A stretch of DNA of 64,000 bases, taken from contig CAWGTX010000008.1 in the NCBI GenBank assembly GCA_963825585.1, positions 107,908 through 171,907 on the forward strand. Reading direction: 5' to 3'. The notes under the pieces are model-generated. The model was not told where the DNA came from. It saw only the letters and a program-made list of their open reading frames with translations, and made no database searches. The stretch's first letter is position 1, and each line of letters opens with the position of its first letter. The translations under genes and the position numbers were made by a program. Of the stretch, positions 29,416 through 39,304 are shown piece by piece. Source of the DNA: an uncultured bacterium. Its GTDB lineage: Bacteria > Actinomycetota > Acidimicrobiia > Spongiisociales > ZC4RG35.

Positions 29416-31121
29416 GTGACCATCGGCATCGAACATGGCGGAACCGCTTTGGTGGAGCTTCTCGTGGCACACGGGGTGAAGGTGGTGTTCGGGCTCCCGG
29501 GAGGCCAGACCGCCGCCCTGTACGACGCCATCGAACGTGACGATCGCATCACCCACGTCGGCGTCCACGACGAACGATCGGCCGCTTACGCAGCCGATGC
29601 ATACGCCCGCCTCACCCGCACGGTCGGTGTGTGTGATGCCACGGTGGGCCCCGGTACCGCCAAGTTGCCATCGGGGTTGGGTGAGGCGTTCAATTCGTCG
29701 ATCCCGGTGCTCGCTCTGGTGAGCGAACTCCCCACGTCCACCGAGGCCCGGTGGCACCGCGGCGCCACCTCGCAGGCACTCGACCAGGAAGCGCTGCTCG
29801 TTCCGGTGACGAAGTGGGTGGGTACCGTCCGCAGGATCGACGACCTTGGACCGATGGTTCGGCGGGCGTTCCGCGAAGCGACCACCGGGCGCCCGGGACC
29901 GGTGGCGCTCATCATCCACCAGGACATCCTCGACGGCCCGGTGCCGATCGACTCGCAGGCGACCGACCCCCAGGCGGCCCGGTTCGGAGCCTTCCCCGCC
30001 ACCTCGCCGGCGCCGGACGATAGTGATCTGGCGGCTCTCGTCCAGTTGCTCGAACGCGCCGAACGCCCGCTGCTCGTGGTGGGAGGCGGGGCGGTCGGGC
30101 CGGGCTCGAACGCGGTGTTGGCACGCGTCTCGCCGACGCCGGTATCGCAGTCGCAACGACCCTGTCGGGCAAGGGCGCCATCGACGAACGCCATCCCATG
30201 GCGGTGGGCGTGCTCGGGTCGCTCGGCACCCCGGCGTCACGGGCGATGGCATTCGAGGCCGACCTGTTGGTGGTGGCAGGCTCCAAACTCGGAAGCGGCA
30301 CCACCCTCGGCTGGTCGTTGCCGGGGGAACACCATCGGGTCGTACAGATCGACATCGATCCGGTAGAACTGGGCCGCGACCGACCGGTCGATGTGATCAT
30401 CCATGCCGACGCCCTCGCCACTCTCGCCGCCCTGCAGCCGGCTGAACGCGAGCGAGGCTCATGGCGAGCTGCAGTCGCCGAGGCGCGGGCTGAGTGGTAC
30501 GAGCAGCGATCGGTCATGTGGTCATCGGCCGAAACGCCCATCGACCCGCAACGGGTGATGGGCGAGCTGCAACGACTGCTGGGCGACGGTCACGTGGTGG
30601 TGGCGGACGCCAGTCTGTCGAGTGGCTGGGTGGGGGCGTTCCTCGAATCCGACGCCGGCCTCCGAACCCTGTTCCCACGCGGACTGGCCGGGCTCGGCTG
30701 GGCGATTCCGGCGGCGGTGGGAGCCGTCGAGGCCGGAGTCCCGCGCATCGTCGCCGTGATGGGAGACGGCGCCGCCCCCTACGCCATCGGTGAACTCGCC
30801 ACCCTCACGCGCCAGGGTGCACCGGTGGTGATGGTGGTCCTCAACAACAGTTCGTTCGGGTGGATCCGCTGGTACCGACGCCTCACCTTCGGGCGTGGGT
30901 GGGAGGAACCCGATCTTCCGCCCACCCGCTTCTCCGACGTCGCCGCCGCCTATGGTCTGCACGCCGAACGCGTGGAGGACCCCGACCGCCTGGCAGGCGC
31001 CTTCGCCGAAGCCTTCGCCATCGGCGGCCCCTCGCTCATCGAGGTGGTGACCTCGGTGTGGGAAACCCCGATCGTCGCTCACCGGGAAGCGCTCGAGAAG
31101 CAGGAGGTCGCCGACTACTGA
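29416..31121 (+). pseudogene. thiamine-diphosphate enzyme (acetolactate synthase-like), one frameshift near 30128
   Basis: GTG 29416 within ORF 29290..30366 (VFGLPGG...). Continues in ORF 30198..31121 (LADAGIAVATTLSGKG..., GDGAAPYAIGELATL..., NNSSFG ThDP motif). Confidence 0.7.
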
Positions 31122-31123
31122 AG

Positions 31124-31157
31124 CTCCTTGCTCCTCGCTCCTCGCTCCTCGCTCGCC
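31124..31157. repeat. tandem heptamer (CGAGGAG on the minus strand), three or more copies
   Basis: ctccttgctcctcgctcctcgctcctcgctcgcc, immediately after the stop at 31121. Confidence 0.75.
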
Positions 31158-31189
31158 CACGACTCACCGACACACCCAGGAGGACCCCT

Positions 31190-31972
31190 GTGGATCACCC
31201 GCTCCTACTCCACAACATGACCCAGCCCGATGCGGCCGCGGCGCTCGCCAAGGGCACCGCCATCGTGGTCACCGGCAGCGTCGAACAGCACGGCGGCCAC
31301 CTGCCGCTGGGGACCGACGCCTTCGCCGCCCTCACCGTGGCGCTGCGGGTGGCCGACCGCATCGGCGCCCCGGTGCTTCCCGTCTCGCCGGTGGGCGTCG
31401 CCCCCTATCACCTGCCCTGGCACGGGTCGCTGACGCTGCGGCCCCGCACCCTCATCGACCTGATGCTCGACTGCGTCGGCGGGCTGGCGGCGGCCGGAGC
31501 GCGCCGGATCCTGGTGGTGAACTGGCACGAGGGCAACACCCCCACCATCCGTCTCGCCGCCGACGAGATCCAGCGGGCGTTCCCGGTGCGGGTGGTGGTG
31601 GCCGAGACCCACATCATCACCAACTCGCTGTTTCCCGCCGAGATGGAGTTCACCCACGCCGGGTCGATGGAGACGGCGGCGGTGCTGGCCCACGACGAGA
31701 ACCTGGTGCATCTCGACCGGATGCTCGACGGAGACCCGGTGGAGTTGGGCAACGACGGCCACGCCCTGTTCCGTCGCCGCGACGTGTTCCCGGTGATGAA
31801 CGACTTCCGCGAGGTGGCCGCCACCGGTTGGTACGGGTCGCCGGGTGCGGTGAGTACCGACCGGGCGAAAGAGATCATGGAGGCGGTCGCCGACCACGTG
31901 GTCGCCTCCTTCGAGGAGATCATCGAAGCCATCGACGCCAGGGTGGCCGTGATCGGGGAGGTGCAGCGATGA
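31190..31972 (+). CDS. creatininase family amidohydrolase
   Basis: GTG 31190 after AGGAGGA, within ORF 30860..31972. GSVEQHGGHLPLGTD motif. Confidence 0.8.
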   Translation: MDHPLLLHNMTQPDAAAALAKGTAIVVTGSVEQHGGHLPLGTDAFAALTVALRVADRIGAPVLPVSPVGVAPYHLPWHGSLTLRPRTLIDLMLDCVGGLAAAGARRILVVNWHEGNTPTIRLAADEIQRAFPVRVVVAETHIITNSLFPAEMEFTHAGSMETAAVLAHDENLVHLDRMLDGDPVELGNDGHALFRRRDVFPVMNDFREVAATGWYGSPGAVSTDRAKEIMEAVADHVVASFEEIIEAIDARVAVIGEVQR

Positions 31973-33013
31973 AGGCGGGAGTGCTGGTCGGATACAACGA
32001 TCTCCGGGTGCAGGAGGTCGAGGACCCGGTACCCGGACCGGGTGAGATCCTGGTGAAGGTGTCGGCGTGCGGGTTGTGCGGCACCGACCTGAAGATGGTC
32101 CACGGCCACTTCCAGGAGCGGGGCTGGCCGCCGTCGCTGCCGTTCATCATGGGCCACGAATGGTCGGGCACCGTCGCCGGGTTCGGTCCCGGCGTCACCC
32201 GCACCGACCTCCAGATCGGCGACCGGGTGGTGGCCGAGAACCACGTCGGATGCGGAGCCTGCTCGAACTGCCGGACGGGCCGCTACAACCTGTGCATCAA
32301 TGCCGGCGCCACCGAGTTCAAGCTCTACGGCCACACCGCCCCCGGCGCCCTCGCCGAGTACGCCGTTCGGCCCCAGGTGATGTTGCACAAGATCTCCGAT
32401 TCGATCGGCCCGATCGCCGGAGCCCTCGTCAACCAGGGTGCACTCACCGTGCACGCCATGCGACGGGTCGCCTTCGACCCCGGTTCCACCGCGGCGGTGT
32501 TCGGCCCCGGTCTGCTCGGGCTGCTGTCCACCGCCGTCGCCAAGGCCTCCGGTGCCGCCAAGGTCATCATGGTGGGCCGGGGCGAACGGCTGGCGCTGGC
32601 CGAGCAGATGGGCGCCGACGAGATCGTCGACTACGAGAAGGAGGACCCGATCCAGGGCATCCGCAGCCGCACCGGCGGACTGGGTGCCGACTACGTGTTC
32701 GACTGCTCGGGCAACGTCGACGTCATCGGCCAGGGCCTGTCTTCGGTGCGGCGCGGCGGCAAGATGGCGCTGCTCGGCCTCAACGGCGGCAAAACCGCCC
32801 CGGTCATCCCCGACAAGCTCACCCTCGACGAGATCGACCTGGTGGGCATCCGATCCAGCCCCAACGCCTACCCGGCGATGATCCGGCTCATGGAGACGGG
32901 AGCCGTCGACGTCACCCCGCTCCTCACCCACGTCTACCCCATCGACCGGGTGGCCGAGGCGTTCGCCGCCCTCGAATCCCGGTGCCGCCATCCGACCGAT
33001 CGTGGAGTTCTGA
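31969..33013 (+). pseudogene. Zn-dependent alcohol dehydrogenase (MDR); a one-base shift near 32982 fuses it to the next gene
   Basis: ATGA overlap with the creatininase stop. GLCGTDLKMVHG, GHEWSG and CGACSNCRTG motifs. After ...AFAALESR the plausible C-terminus AAIRPIVEF-stop (33011-33013) lies in the +1 frame. Confidence 0.65.
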
Positions 33014-33015
33014 TC

Positions 33016-33483
33016 ATGCTCGAAGGAACACATGTCTCGATGTTCGGGACCGGCCCCGACGACCGCACCTACACCGATGAGGAAGCCCGCAACCTCGACG
33101 TGGTGGCCCGCTACCGGGTGGCCAAGGTGTCGGACCGTGGCCAGTTCTGGGCGCCCGGGTTCAAACGTCACCGTGCCGGGTTCCTCAACATCGCCGAGAT
33201 GATGGGCGGCGCCGCCGGCATGACCGACGACTCGATCGCCGACAAGCAGATCGTGATGCTCCACTTCGACGCCAAGGGCGACACGGTGTGGGGGATCTGG
33301 AAGATCCTCGGACGTCACACCGGTGAGCTCTATGGCCTCCCCGCCACCAACAAGGAGATGGACGTGATCGAAGTGGGTTTGTGGAAGCTGGTCGACGGGC
33401 TCATCACCGAAGCCTGGTACTTCGGCGACGATCTGGGCCTGCTCCGCCAACTCGGCCTGGCGCCGACGATCCGAGGGAGCTGA
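33016..33483 (+). CDS. SnoaL-like / ester cyclase-like small protein
   Basis: ATG 33016 lies 2 nt after the shifted ADH stop. 155 aa, MLEGTHVSMFG...VWGIWKILGRHTGELYGLPATNKEMDVIEVGLWKLVDGLITEAWYFGD. Confidence 0.6.
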   Translation: MLEGTHVSMFGTGPDDRTYTDEEARNLDVVARYRVAKVSDRGQFWAPGFKRHRAGFLNIAEMMGGAAGMTDDSIADKQIVMLHFDAKGDTVWGIWKILGRHTGELYGLPATNKEMDVIEVGLWKLVDGLITEAWYFGDDLGLLRQLGLAPTIRGS

Positions 33484-33485
33484 CC

Positions 33486-34296
33486 ATGGACCTGGGAATC
33501 GCCGGACGTACCGCACTGCTCACCGCCTCGAGTCGCGGGCTCGGCAAGGCGTGTGCCATGGCACTCGCCGCCGAAGGCGTCAACGTCACCATCAACGGGC
33601 TCGACCAGTCGAACCTCGACGCCACCGCCGCCGAGATCGAGGCATTGGGTGTGTCGGTGACCGCCGTCGCCGCCGACATCAACACCCATGAGGGCCGGGC
33701 GACGCTGCTCGAAGCCTGCCCGGACCCCGACATCCTCGTCAACAACAACTGGGGCCCGCCCCCCGGCGACTGGCTCAGCTTCGAATACGAGGACTGGCTG
33801 AAGGCGGTCGAGTCCAACATGCTCGCACCCGATCATGATGATCAAGGCGGTGGTGCCGGGCATGCGGGAACGCAAGTTCGGCCGCATCGTCAACATCACC
33901 AGCCAGATGGTGAAGTCGCCGTTCTCGGTGATGGGTCTGTCGGCGGGAGCCCGCTCGGGTCTCACCGCCGCCTGCAAGGCGTTGTCGCGTGACGTCGCCG
34001 CCGACAACATCACCATCAACAACCTGCTGCCCGAACGGATCGACACCGAACGCCAGGTGTTCATGGCGCAACGCCGCGCCGCCTCCTCCGGCATGAGCTA
34101 CGACGAAGCCCACGCCGAGATGGTCGAGAGCATCGCCGCCAAACGCATGGGTCGCCCCGAAGAGTTCGGCAACATGTGCGCCTACCTGTGCAGTGCCCAC
34201 ACCGGATACATCTCCGGGCAGAACATCCAGTTGGACGGCGGTTCGTACCGCGGAGACGTTCTAGGAAGGCCGGGGCCGGAGCAAGGAGAACGTTAA
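33486..34296 (+). pseudogene. SDR family oxidoreductase, one frameshift near 33831
   Basis: ORF 33381..33992 (TASSRGLGKACA...) continues in ORF 33835..34296 (IMMIKAVVPGMRERKFGRIVNITS...). Confidence 0.7.
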
Positions 34297-34341
34297 GGTA
34301 GAACGTAGGAGCGCGTCGTGAGGTGGTCGTAGGCTGAGGAC

Positions 34342-35440
34342 GTGCGACTAGGTGTGACCTCAGCGCTCGTGGACGGTGACATCGTTCCAGGAGATGTCGA
34401 GGTCGTCGATGGTGAGTATGGCTGCGGTCGGTCTGACGCCAGCCGGACGCTCGGGTTTGGCGGTTCCGGGGTTCGTGGATGTGCAGGTGAACGGGTTCGG
34501 CGGGGTGGACTTCGCCACTGCTGATGTCGATGGGTATCGGCGGGCTGCCGAGGCGATGGCACGGACCGGGGTGACCACGTTCCTGCCGACGATCATCTCG
34601 TTGCCGACCGACGCCAGGGTCGCCGCCCTTCGGGCGTTCGAGGCGGCACGTCCGCACGTGGCGTCACACATGCCGGGGATGCACCTGGAGGGGCCGTTCC
34701 TGTCGCCGCTCCGGTGCGGGGCGCACGACCCCGCCAACATGGCAGAGCCTTCGATCGAAGTGGTCGATCGACTGCTGGCTGCCGGGACGATCGCCCACAT
34801 GACACTCGCCCCCGAGCGGCCGGGCGCGCTCGACGTGATCCAGCGACTGGTCGCCGCCGGGGTGACGGTGGGGATCGGCCACTCCGATGCCACCGCCGCC
34901 GAAGCTCACGCCGCCTTCGATGCCGGTGCCCGCTCGGTCACCCACCTGTTCAACGCCCAACGTCCCTGGAGTCACCGTGATCCGGGCATCGCCGGCGCAG
35001 CCCTGGTGCGCGACGACGTGTTCCTCACCGTCATCGTCGACGGCGTCCACCTCCACCCCGACGCCGTGCGGCTGGCCGCCCGCTGCGCCGGCGACCGACT
35101 GGTGCTGATCACCGACGCCATCGCCGCCACCGGCATGGGCGACGGCACCTACCCGCTCGGCGACCGAACCGTTTCCGTCGAAGGGACAGAGGCCCGCCTC
35201 GAGGACGGCACCCTGGCAGGGAGCGTCCTCACCATGGACCAGGCCGTTCGCAACCTCATCGACCTCGGCCTCGATCCGGTCAGTGCCATCGCCGCCGCCA
35301 CCACCGCCCCCGCCGCCCTGATCGGCCGCACCGCCTCACTCGCCACCGGGAACGTCGCCGACCTCGGTCGTCCTCGACGACGCCTTCGAAGTGGTGGCGA
35401 CCTACATCGGAGGTTCGAGGCGTGGTCCGCCGATACCTGA
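34342..35440 (+). pseudogene. nagA: N-acetylglucosamine-6-phosphate deacetylase-like amidohydrolase with two or more frameshifts
   Basis: N-terminus in ORF 34342..34524 (RLGVTSALVDGDIVPGDVEVVDGE). The body is in ORF 34376..35440 (PGFVDVQVNGFGG, HLEGPF, GHSDAT, THLFNA). C-terminal ADL|VVLDDAFEVVATYIGG is again out of frame near 35367. Confidence 0.7.
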
Positions 35441-35820
35441 CGCCCCGGCCGTCTGCTGCGGTCGGCGACGCGTTCTGTCTGATCGTCTGCTCGGCCCCCG
35501 GACGGGGAGACTCCGGCGTCAGCCGGGAGGGCAGCGGCACGTTCTGCCGACGCGAACGGAGTCGAATGCGCCCCGGATTGTGCGGCGCCGACGCCGGTCG
35601 AGGCGTGGCAGCTTTGGCCGAACAGGCTGGACACCCTGGCGGAGATCGTCCGGCGTTCGGCCTGACGCCCCTACCCGGTCGGAGTCAATGCGGATCTCAG
35701 ACGTCGGGTTAGCTGGCTGTGTGTCCTGCGGGTGTGAGGGGTTCCGTGCGAATACCCTGGTGATCAACAACTCTGATGTGAACGTCCGGGTCTACAACGT
35801 GGCTTTGGAGGGGACCTGAC

Positions 35821-36597
35821 ATGGTTGACACGACATCTCTCGGTGCACGGCGGTGGTTGCGCACCTGTGCGCTGTTGGCGGCTGTGAGCGTCATGCTCAC
35901 CTCGTGCGGGTCGCCTTCAAGCGAGTCGCCGACGACGATCGGGCCCGAGACTCCGACGGCACCGGCCAGCTCAGTGCCCGTCGACGGGGTCACGGATTCG
36001 TCGTCTCATTCGAGCCCTGCTCTCTGCCAACTCAACGTCAACCTGAGACGTGGGCAGGCCGCCGTCGAGGGGACGTTGGTTGGTATGGAAGGGCCGTACG
36101 TGCGACCATCGCCTGGGGAGGGGCTCCCGGATCGCGAGTACTGGCTCGTCACCGTGCAGGCGGAGCGGGTTCTGGAGGGTTCGACGTTCGAGGCCGACCT
36201 GGGTGTCTTGGGATCGGCCGTCAAGATGCCCCCCGCCGATATCGGGGGGGAGTTGACGCTTGTTGAGTACACCGACGGCGGTGCTGTCGAAACGCTGCAG
36301 GCCGCTACCGAGAACAAAGGACGAGGAGTTGCCCTGTTGACGGCCGGATTCCACGGGACCGAAGGAGACCCGGAGTTCGTCTGGGGGTTGCGTCGGTTCG
36401 GGCAGGTCGAGGAAGGCAAGGCGATGTTCCACGGCGATTGCGGCGAAGAGCTTTCCGCCCAGTTCTCCGGTCTCGCTGAGGCGCTGGGCCGCCCGGCGGA
36501 CCTCGAGTTGTTGTCCGAGTTGGTGAGCGAGCTGATCGTCAACCGGGACTCGCTGGGGACGGTGGGCCCTTTGGAGTCCGCCATCCCGTTCGGTTGA
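35821..36597 (+). CDS. hypothetical lipoprotein
   Basis: ORF track, 258 aa. GGAGGGG RBS. Signal peptide with lipobox VMLTSCGS. Confidence 0.6.
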   Translation: MVDTTSLGARRWLRTCALLAAVSVMLTSCGSPSSESPTTIGPETPTAPASSVPVDGVTDSSSHSSPALCQLNVNLRRGQAAVEGTLVGMEGPYVRPSPGEGLPDREYWLVTVQAERVLEGSTFEADLGVLGSAVKMPPADIGGELTLVEYTDGGAVETLQAATENKGRGVALLTAGFHGTEGDPEFVWGLRRFGQVEEGKAMFHGDCGEELSAQFSGLAEALGRPADLELLSELVSELIVNRDSLGTVGPLESAIPFG

Positions 36598-36603
36598 AGT
36601 CTT

Positions 36604-36790
36604 GGGTAGGGGCGGGGCGAGGCTCTGCGAGTCCGCCCAAACCCGATGGCGTTCACTCGCTCGGTCAGTTCCAGCGCGGTCTTTGGCCGGTGGCAGGGTG
36701 CCGAGTCCCCCATCGTGGATCACAGGTTCGGCCGCAGGGGTCTGGGCGGCCTCGCAGAGCCTCGTCCGGTCGCTTCGATCGGCCGACCCT
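36604..36790 (+). repeat. copy A of a palindromic 145-nt element with 25-nt terminal inverted repeats (core 36619-36763)
   Basis: gaggctctgcgagtccgcccaaacc (36619-36643) pairs with ggtctgggcggcctcgcagagcctc (36739-36763). Confidence 0.8.
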
Positions 36791-36863
36791 ACGCGGCGTG
36801 GCGCCGACCGTTCGGTGTTCGGCAACCCTGAACTGGTATGCCTGGCTGGGGTGGGGCCTAGCG

Positions 36864-37045
36864 CGGGTAGGGGCGGGTGAGGCTTTGTGAGTCCGCCCAA
36901 ACCCGATGGCGTTCACTCGCTCGGTCAGTTCCAGCGCGGTCTTTGGCCGGTGGCAGGGTGCCGAGTCCCCGATCGAGGATGACAGGTTTGGCCGCAGGGG
37001 TCTGGGCGCCCTCGCGGAGCCTCGGTCGCCCCTACGCGCGTGGCG
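36864..37045 (+). repeat. copy B of the same element (core 36879-37023), 260 nt downstream of copy A
   Basis: gaggctttgtgagtccgcccaaacc (36879-36903) pairs with ggtctgggcgccctcgcggagcctc (36999-37023). The interior is nearly identical to copy A. Confidence 0.8.
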
Positions 37046-37127
37046 TCGCCTCGAGTCCCCATCGGGTCCAAGTCCCGATCCAGACTGGTCGCAGCAGTGA
37101 ACGGTGAACGGTCGACGGTGAGCGGCT

Positions 37128-37550
37128 TCAGTGCTCCGGGAATTTGTAGAAGAACCCTTCGGCGGCGTTGCGCTCCTCGTCTTCGTTGACGACTTCGGTG
37201 AGCAGGACGTTGGCGTCGATGCCGCGGGGGATGCCGGCGTAGAGGGCGACCTGGGCGATGATCTCGGCGATCTCGCGCACCGAGTAGCCGAGGTTGCGGA
37301 GGCCCTGCATGTAGAGCTTGGCCTCGGGCTGGTAGCCGAGGGCGACCATGGTGGCGAACGTCACCACCGCCCGTGTCTTGAGGTCGATGGTCTGGTTGCT
37401 CATCAACGCACCCTGGGCGGCGGAGATGGGCTTGAACGCCTCCACCGTCTCGGGCAGCCGGGGGAATGGCGGCAGGAAGTCGGGCCCCCAGATCTGGCGG
37501 AACACGTCCACAGCGACCGGGTCGTAGGTGATCTTCTTCTCATCCGACAT
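37128..37550 (-). CDS. carboxymuconolactone decarboxylase (AhpD-like) family protein
   Basis: Inner ATG 37550 (AGGAGATA upstream) of ORF 37128..37664. 140 aa with a CMD-like helical core ...TRAVVTFATMVALGYQPEAKLYMQGLRNLGYSVREIAEIIAQVALYAGIP. Confidence 0.7.
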   Translation of the reverse strand: MSDEKKITYDPVAVDVFRQIWGPDFLPPFPRLPETVEAFKPISAAQGALMSNQTIDLKTRAVVTFATMVALGYQPEAKLYMQGLRNLGYSVREIAEIIAQVALYAGIPRGIDANVLLTEVVNEDEERNAAEGFFYKFPEH

Positions 37551-37628
37551 CGATCTATCTCCTGAATCTGGAAGGTCGAGTATCGCCTGGGCCGACCCGG
37601 CGTGCGTCGCAGAGATACCCTCGCATGC

Positions 37629-38620
37629 ATGAAATCCGCACCCACTGTCGACGTCCACGCCCATGCCATCCCGCCCGTCTTCAGAGCAGTGGGCCGACGG
37701 CGGGGAGACCCGGTTCGGCGTCGACTTCGGACGGGACGAGCAGGGGGCGATGGTGTACCGGGTGGGGGAGAGGTGGTCGCCGCTGCTGCAGGGCCCGGTG
37801 TACGAGGAGACGCCCCCAGGAGCGCGCCGACCGGCTGACGACCTGGCGGGTCGACGTCGCCGTGTTGTCGCTCAGCCCGAGCCTTCATCTGCACACCATC
37901 GCCGACGGAGCCGGCTACGCCCGGGCCGCCAACGACTCGCTCGCCGAGTACGCCGCCGGTGCCCCCGGACGGTTCCGCTGCCAGGCGTTCCTGCCGCTGG
38001 AGAATCCCGTAGCCGCAGCCGCCGAGCTGGAACGGGTGATGGGTCTGGGCTTCGACGGCGCCATCGTCTCGACCCACGTCAACGGCACCGACTGGGATGC
38101 CCCCGAGCTGGAACCGGTGCTGGCCACCGCCGAGGAGACGGGGGCGATGGTGTTCATCCACCCGGCCGGTGTCCGTCCCGGGCAGCTGCTCGGCAAGTAC
38201 CACCTGCGCAACCTGATCGGCAACCCGCTCGAGTCGACCATCGCCATCGCCTCGCTCATCTTCGGAGGCGTGCTCGACCGTCACCCCGACCTGAAGCTCC
38301 TGTTCGCCCACGGCGGCGGCTACTCGTGCTGGGCGGCCGGACGATTCGACCACGGCCACCGGGTGCGAGCGGAGGCGTCGTCGGCCGGTTTGCCGTCTGA
38401 TTACCTGAAGCGCCTCTACTTCGACTGCCTCACCCACAACGAGTCGGCTCTCCGCCACCTCATCGACGAGGTGGGCATCTCCCAGGTGATGCTCGGCACC
38501 GACGACCCGGCCGACATGCTGCAGGAAGATCCGGTGAGCTGGCTCGAGAGCCTCGACACGGTCGCCGACTCCGAACGGGAAGCGATCGTGGCCGGCAACT
38601 ACGCCCGGCTGATGGGCTGA
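37629..38620 (+). pseudogene. amidohydrolase_2 family protein with two frameshifts (near 37682 and 37814)
   Basis: MKSAPTVDVHAHAIPPVF (frame of ORF 37602), then EQWADGGETRFGVDF...VYEETP (frame of ORF 37663), then QERADRLTTWRVDVAVLSLSP... to the end (ORF 37625..38620). The second shift lies in a C5 run at 37812-37816. Confidence 0.7.
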
Positions 38621-38644
38621 CCCAGCCGATGTGACCCAAGTCGT

Positions 38645-39019
38645 TCATCGCCAGGCGTGGACGACAGGGCGTGGTCCGGGGAGCACGGCGACGAGCCTGC
38701 CGATGTCGGCGGTGTCGCCGGTCATGATCGGCTGCGAGATCCTCACCGCGGTCACGACGAGATGGGCGTCGACCACGTCGTTCGTTCCAGCGCGGGCCAG
38801 GAGTGAGCCAACCGTCCGGCCGTCGTCCATCGGGTGAAGCTCGATCGCTTCGAGCAGCCGGGCGAGGCGTGCTTGTCGAGATCCGTCGCGCCAGACCTGC
38901 GCCAGGACGGGGTGGGTCGAGTGGAGCTGTCTGCCCTTTGACTGAGCCGCTGTCAGGAACTCGCGGGCTCGACGCTCACCCCGGTCGACGGAGACGAAGA
39001 ACCCGGCATCGAGGATCAC
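38645..39019 (-). CDS. vapC: PIN-domain toxin (VapC-like)
   Basis: GTG 39019 overlaps the antitoxin stop (GTGA). VILDAGFFVSVD...DVVDAHLVVTA...IMTGDTADI acidic PIN residues. Inner part of ORF 38645..39085. Confidence 0.75.
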   Translation of the reverse strand: MILDAGFFVSVDRGERRAREFLTAAQSKGRQLHSTHPVLAQVWRDGSRQARLARLLEAIELHPMDDGRTVGSLLARAGTNDVVDAHLVVTAVRISQPIMTGDTADIGRLVAVLPGPRPVVHAWR

Positions 39020-39243
39020 AGCCCGTACTCGTCGATCATCCGGTCGACGGCGGCTCGGTCGACAGGGCCGTCCTCCAACTCCCATTCGGCCAGCAACTCG
39101 GCGAGGGCGGCTTGTCGGGCCGTGTTGGCTGCCAGCAGGCGAAGTCCTGCTCGGAGGGCGCCCGAACGACCGCCATGGACCTCGGCGAGTCTGTCGAGTG
39201 TCTCCTCCTCTTCCGGATCGAGCCTCACGGTTGTGGTGGACAT
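39016..39243 (-). CDS. vapB: ribbon-helix-helix (CopG/VapB-like) antitoxin
   Basis: ORF track, 75 aa. MSTTTVRLDPEEEETLDRLAEVHGGRSGALRAGL is typical of an RHH N-terminus. Confidence 0.7.
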   Translation of the reverse strand: MSTTTVRLDPEEEETLDRLAEVHGGRSGALRAGLRLLAANTARQAALAELLAEWELEDGPVDRAAVDRMIDEYGL

Positions 39244-39304
39244 GGTTCGAATGTACTACGAACGTGCTACATCCGGAAGTCGTCTGTCGCGTACCCTGGA
39301 TGAC

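Noticed and set aside
27265-31972. Mycofactocin maturation cluster. An LldD-like FMN dehydrogenase (MftD-like) and a creatininase-family protein (MftE-like) occur close together, with SDR and Zn-ADH genes nearby.
   Set aside because: I could find no radical-SAM MftC, no MftB and no short MftA precursor ending in a Gly-Val-Cys-Tyr-type tail. The two genes are separated by unrelated enzymes and are more simply explained as catabolic genes.
31408-33516. A 702-aa minus-strand ORF.
   Set aside because: It is antisense to the creatininase, Zn-ADH and SnoaL-like genes. It has no recognisable domain text.
35441-35820. A 380-bp gap upstream of the lipoprotein gene, considered as a hidden gene or riboswitch.
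   Set aside because: None of the six frames gives protein-like text. I could not recognise any riboswitch core or a strong conserved structure. It is left unannotated.
36646-37100. Duplicated small ORFs MAFTRSVSSSAVFGRWQGAESPI... (36646..36831 and 36906..37100) as a pair of small protein genes.
   Set aside because: They lie entirely inside the two palindromic 145-nt elements and have no RBS. Between the copies, substitutions are split about evenly between replacement (V/E, H/D, G/A) and silent changes, and the C-termini diverge completely. A repeat or RNA explanation fits better.
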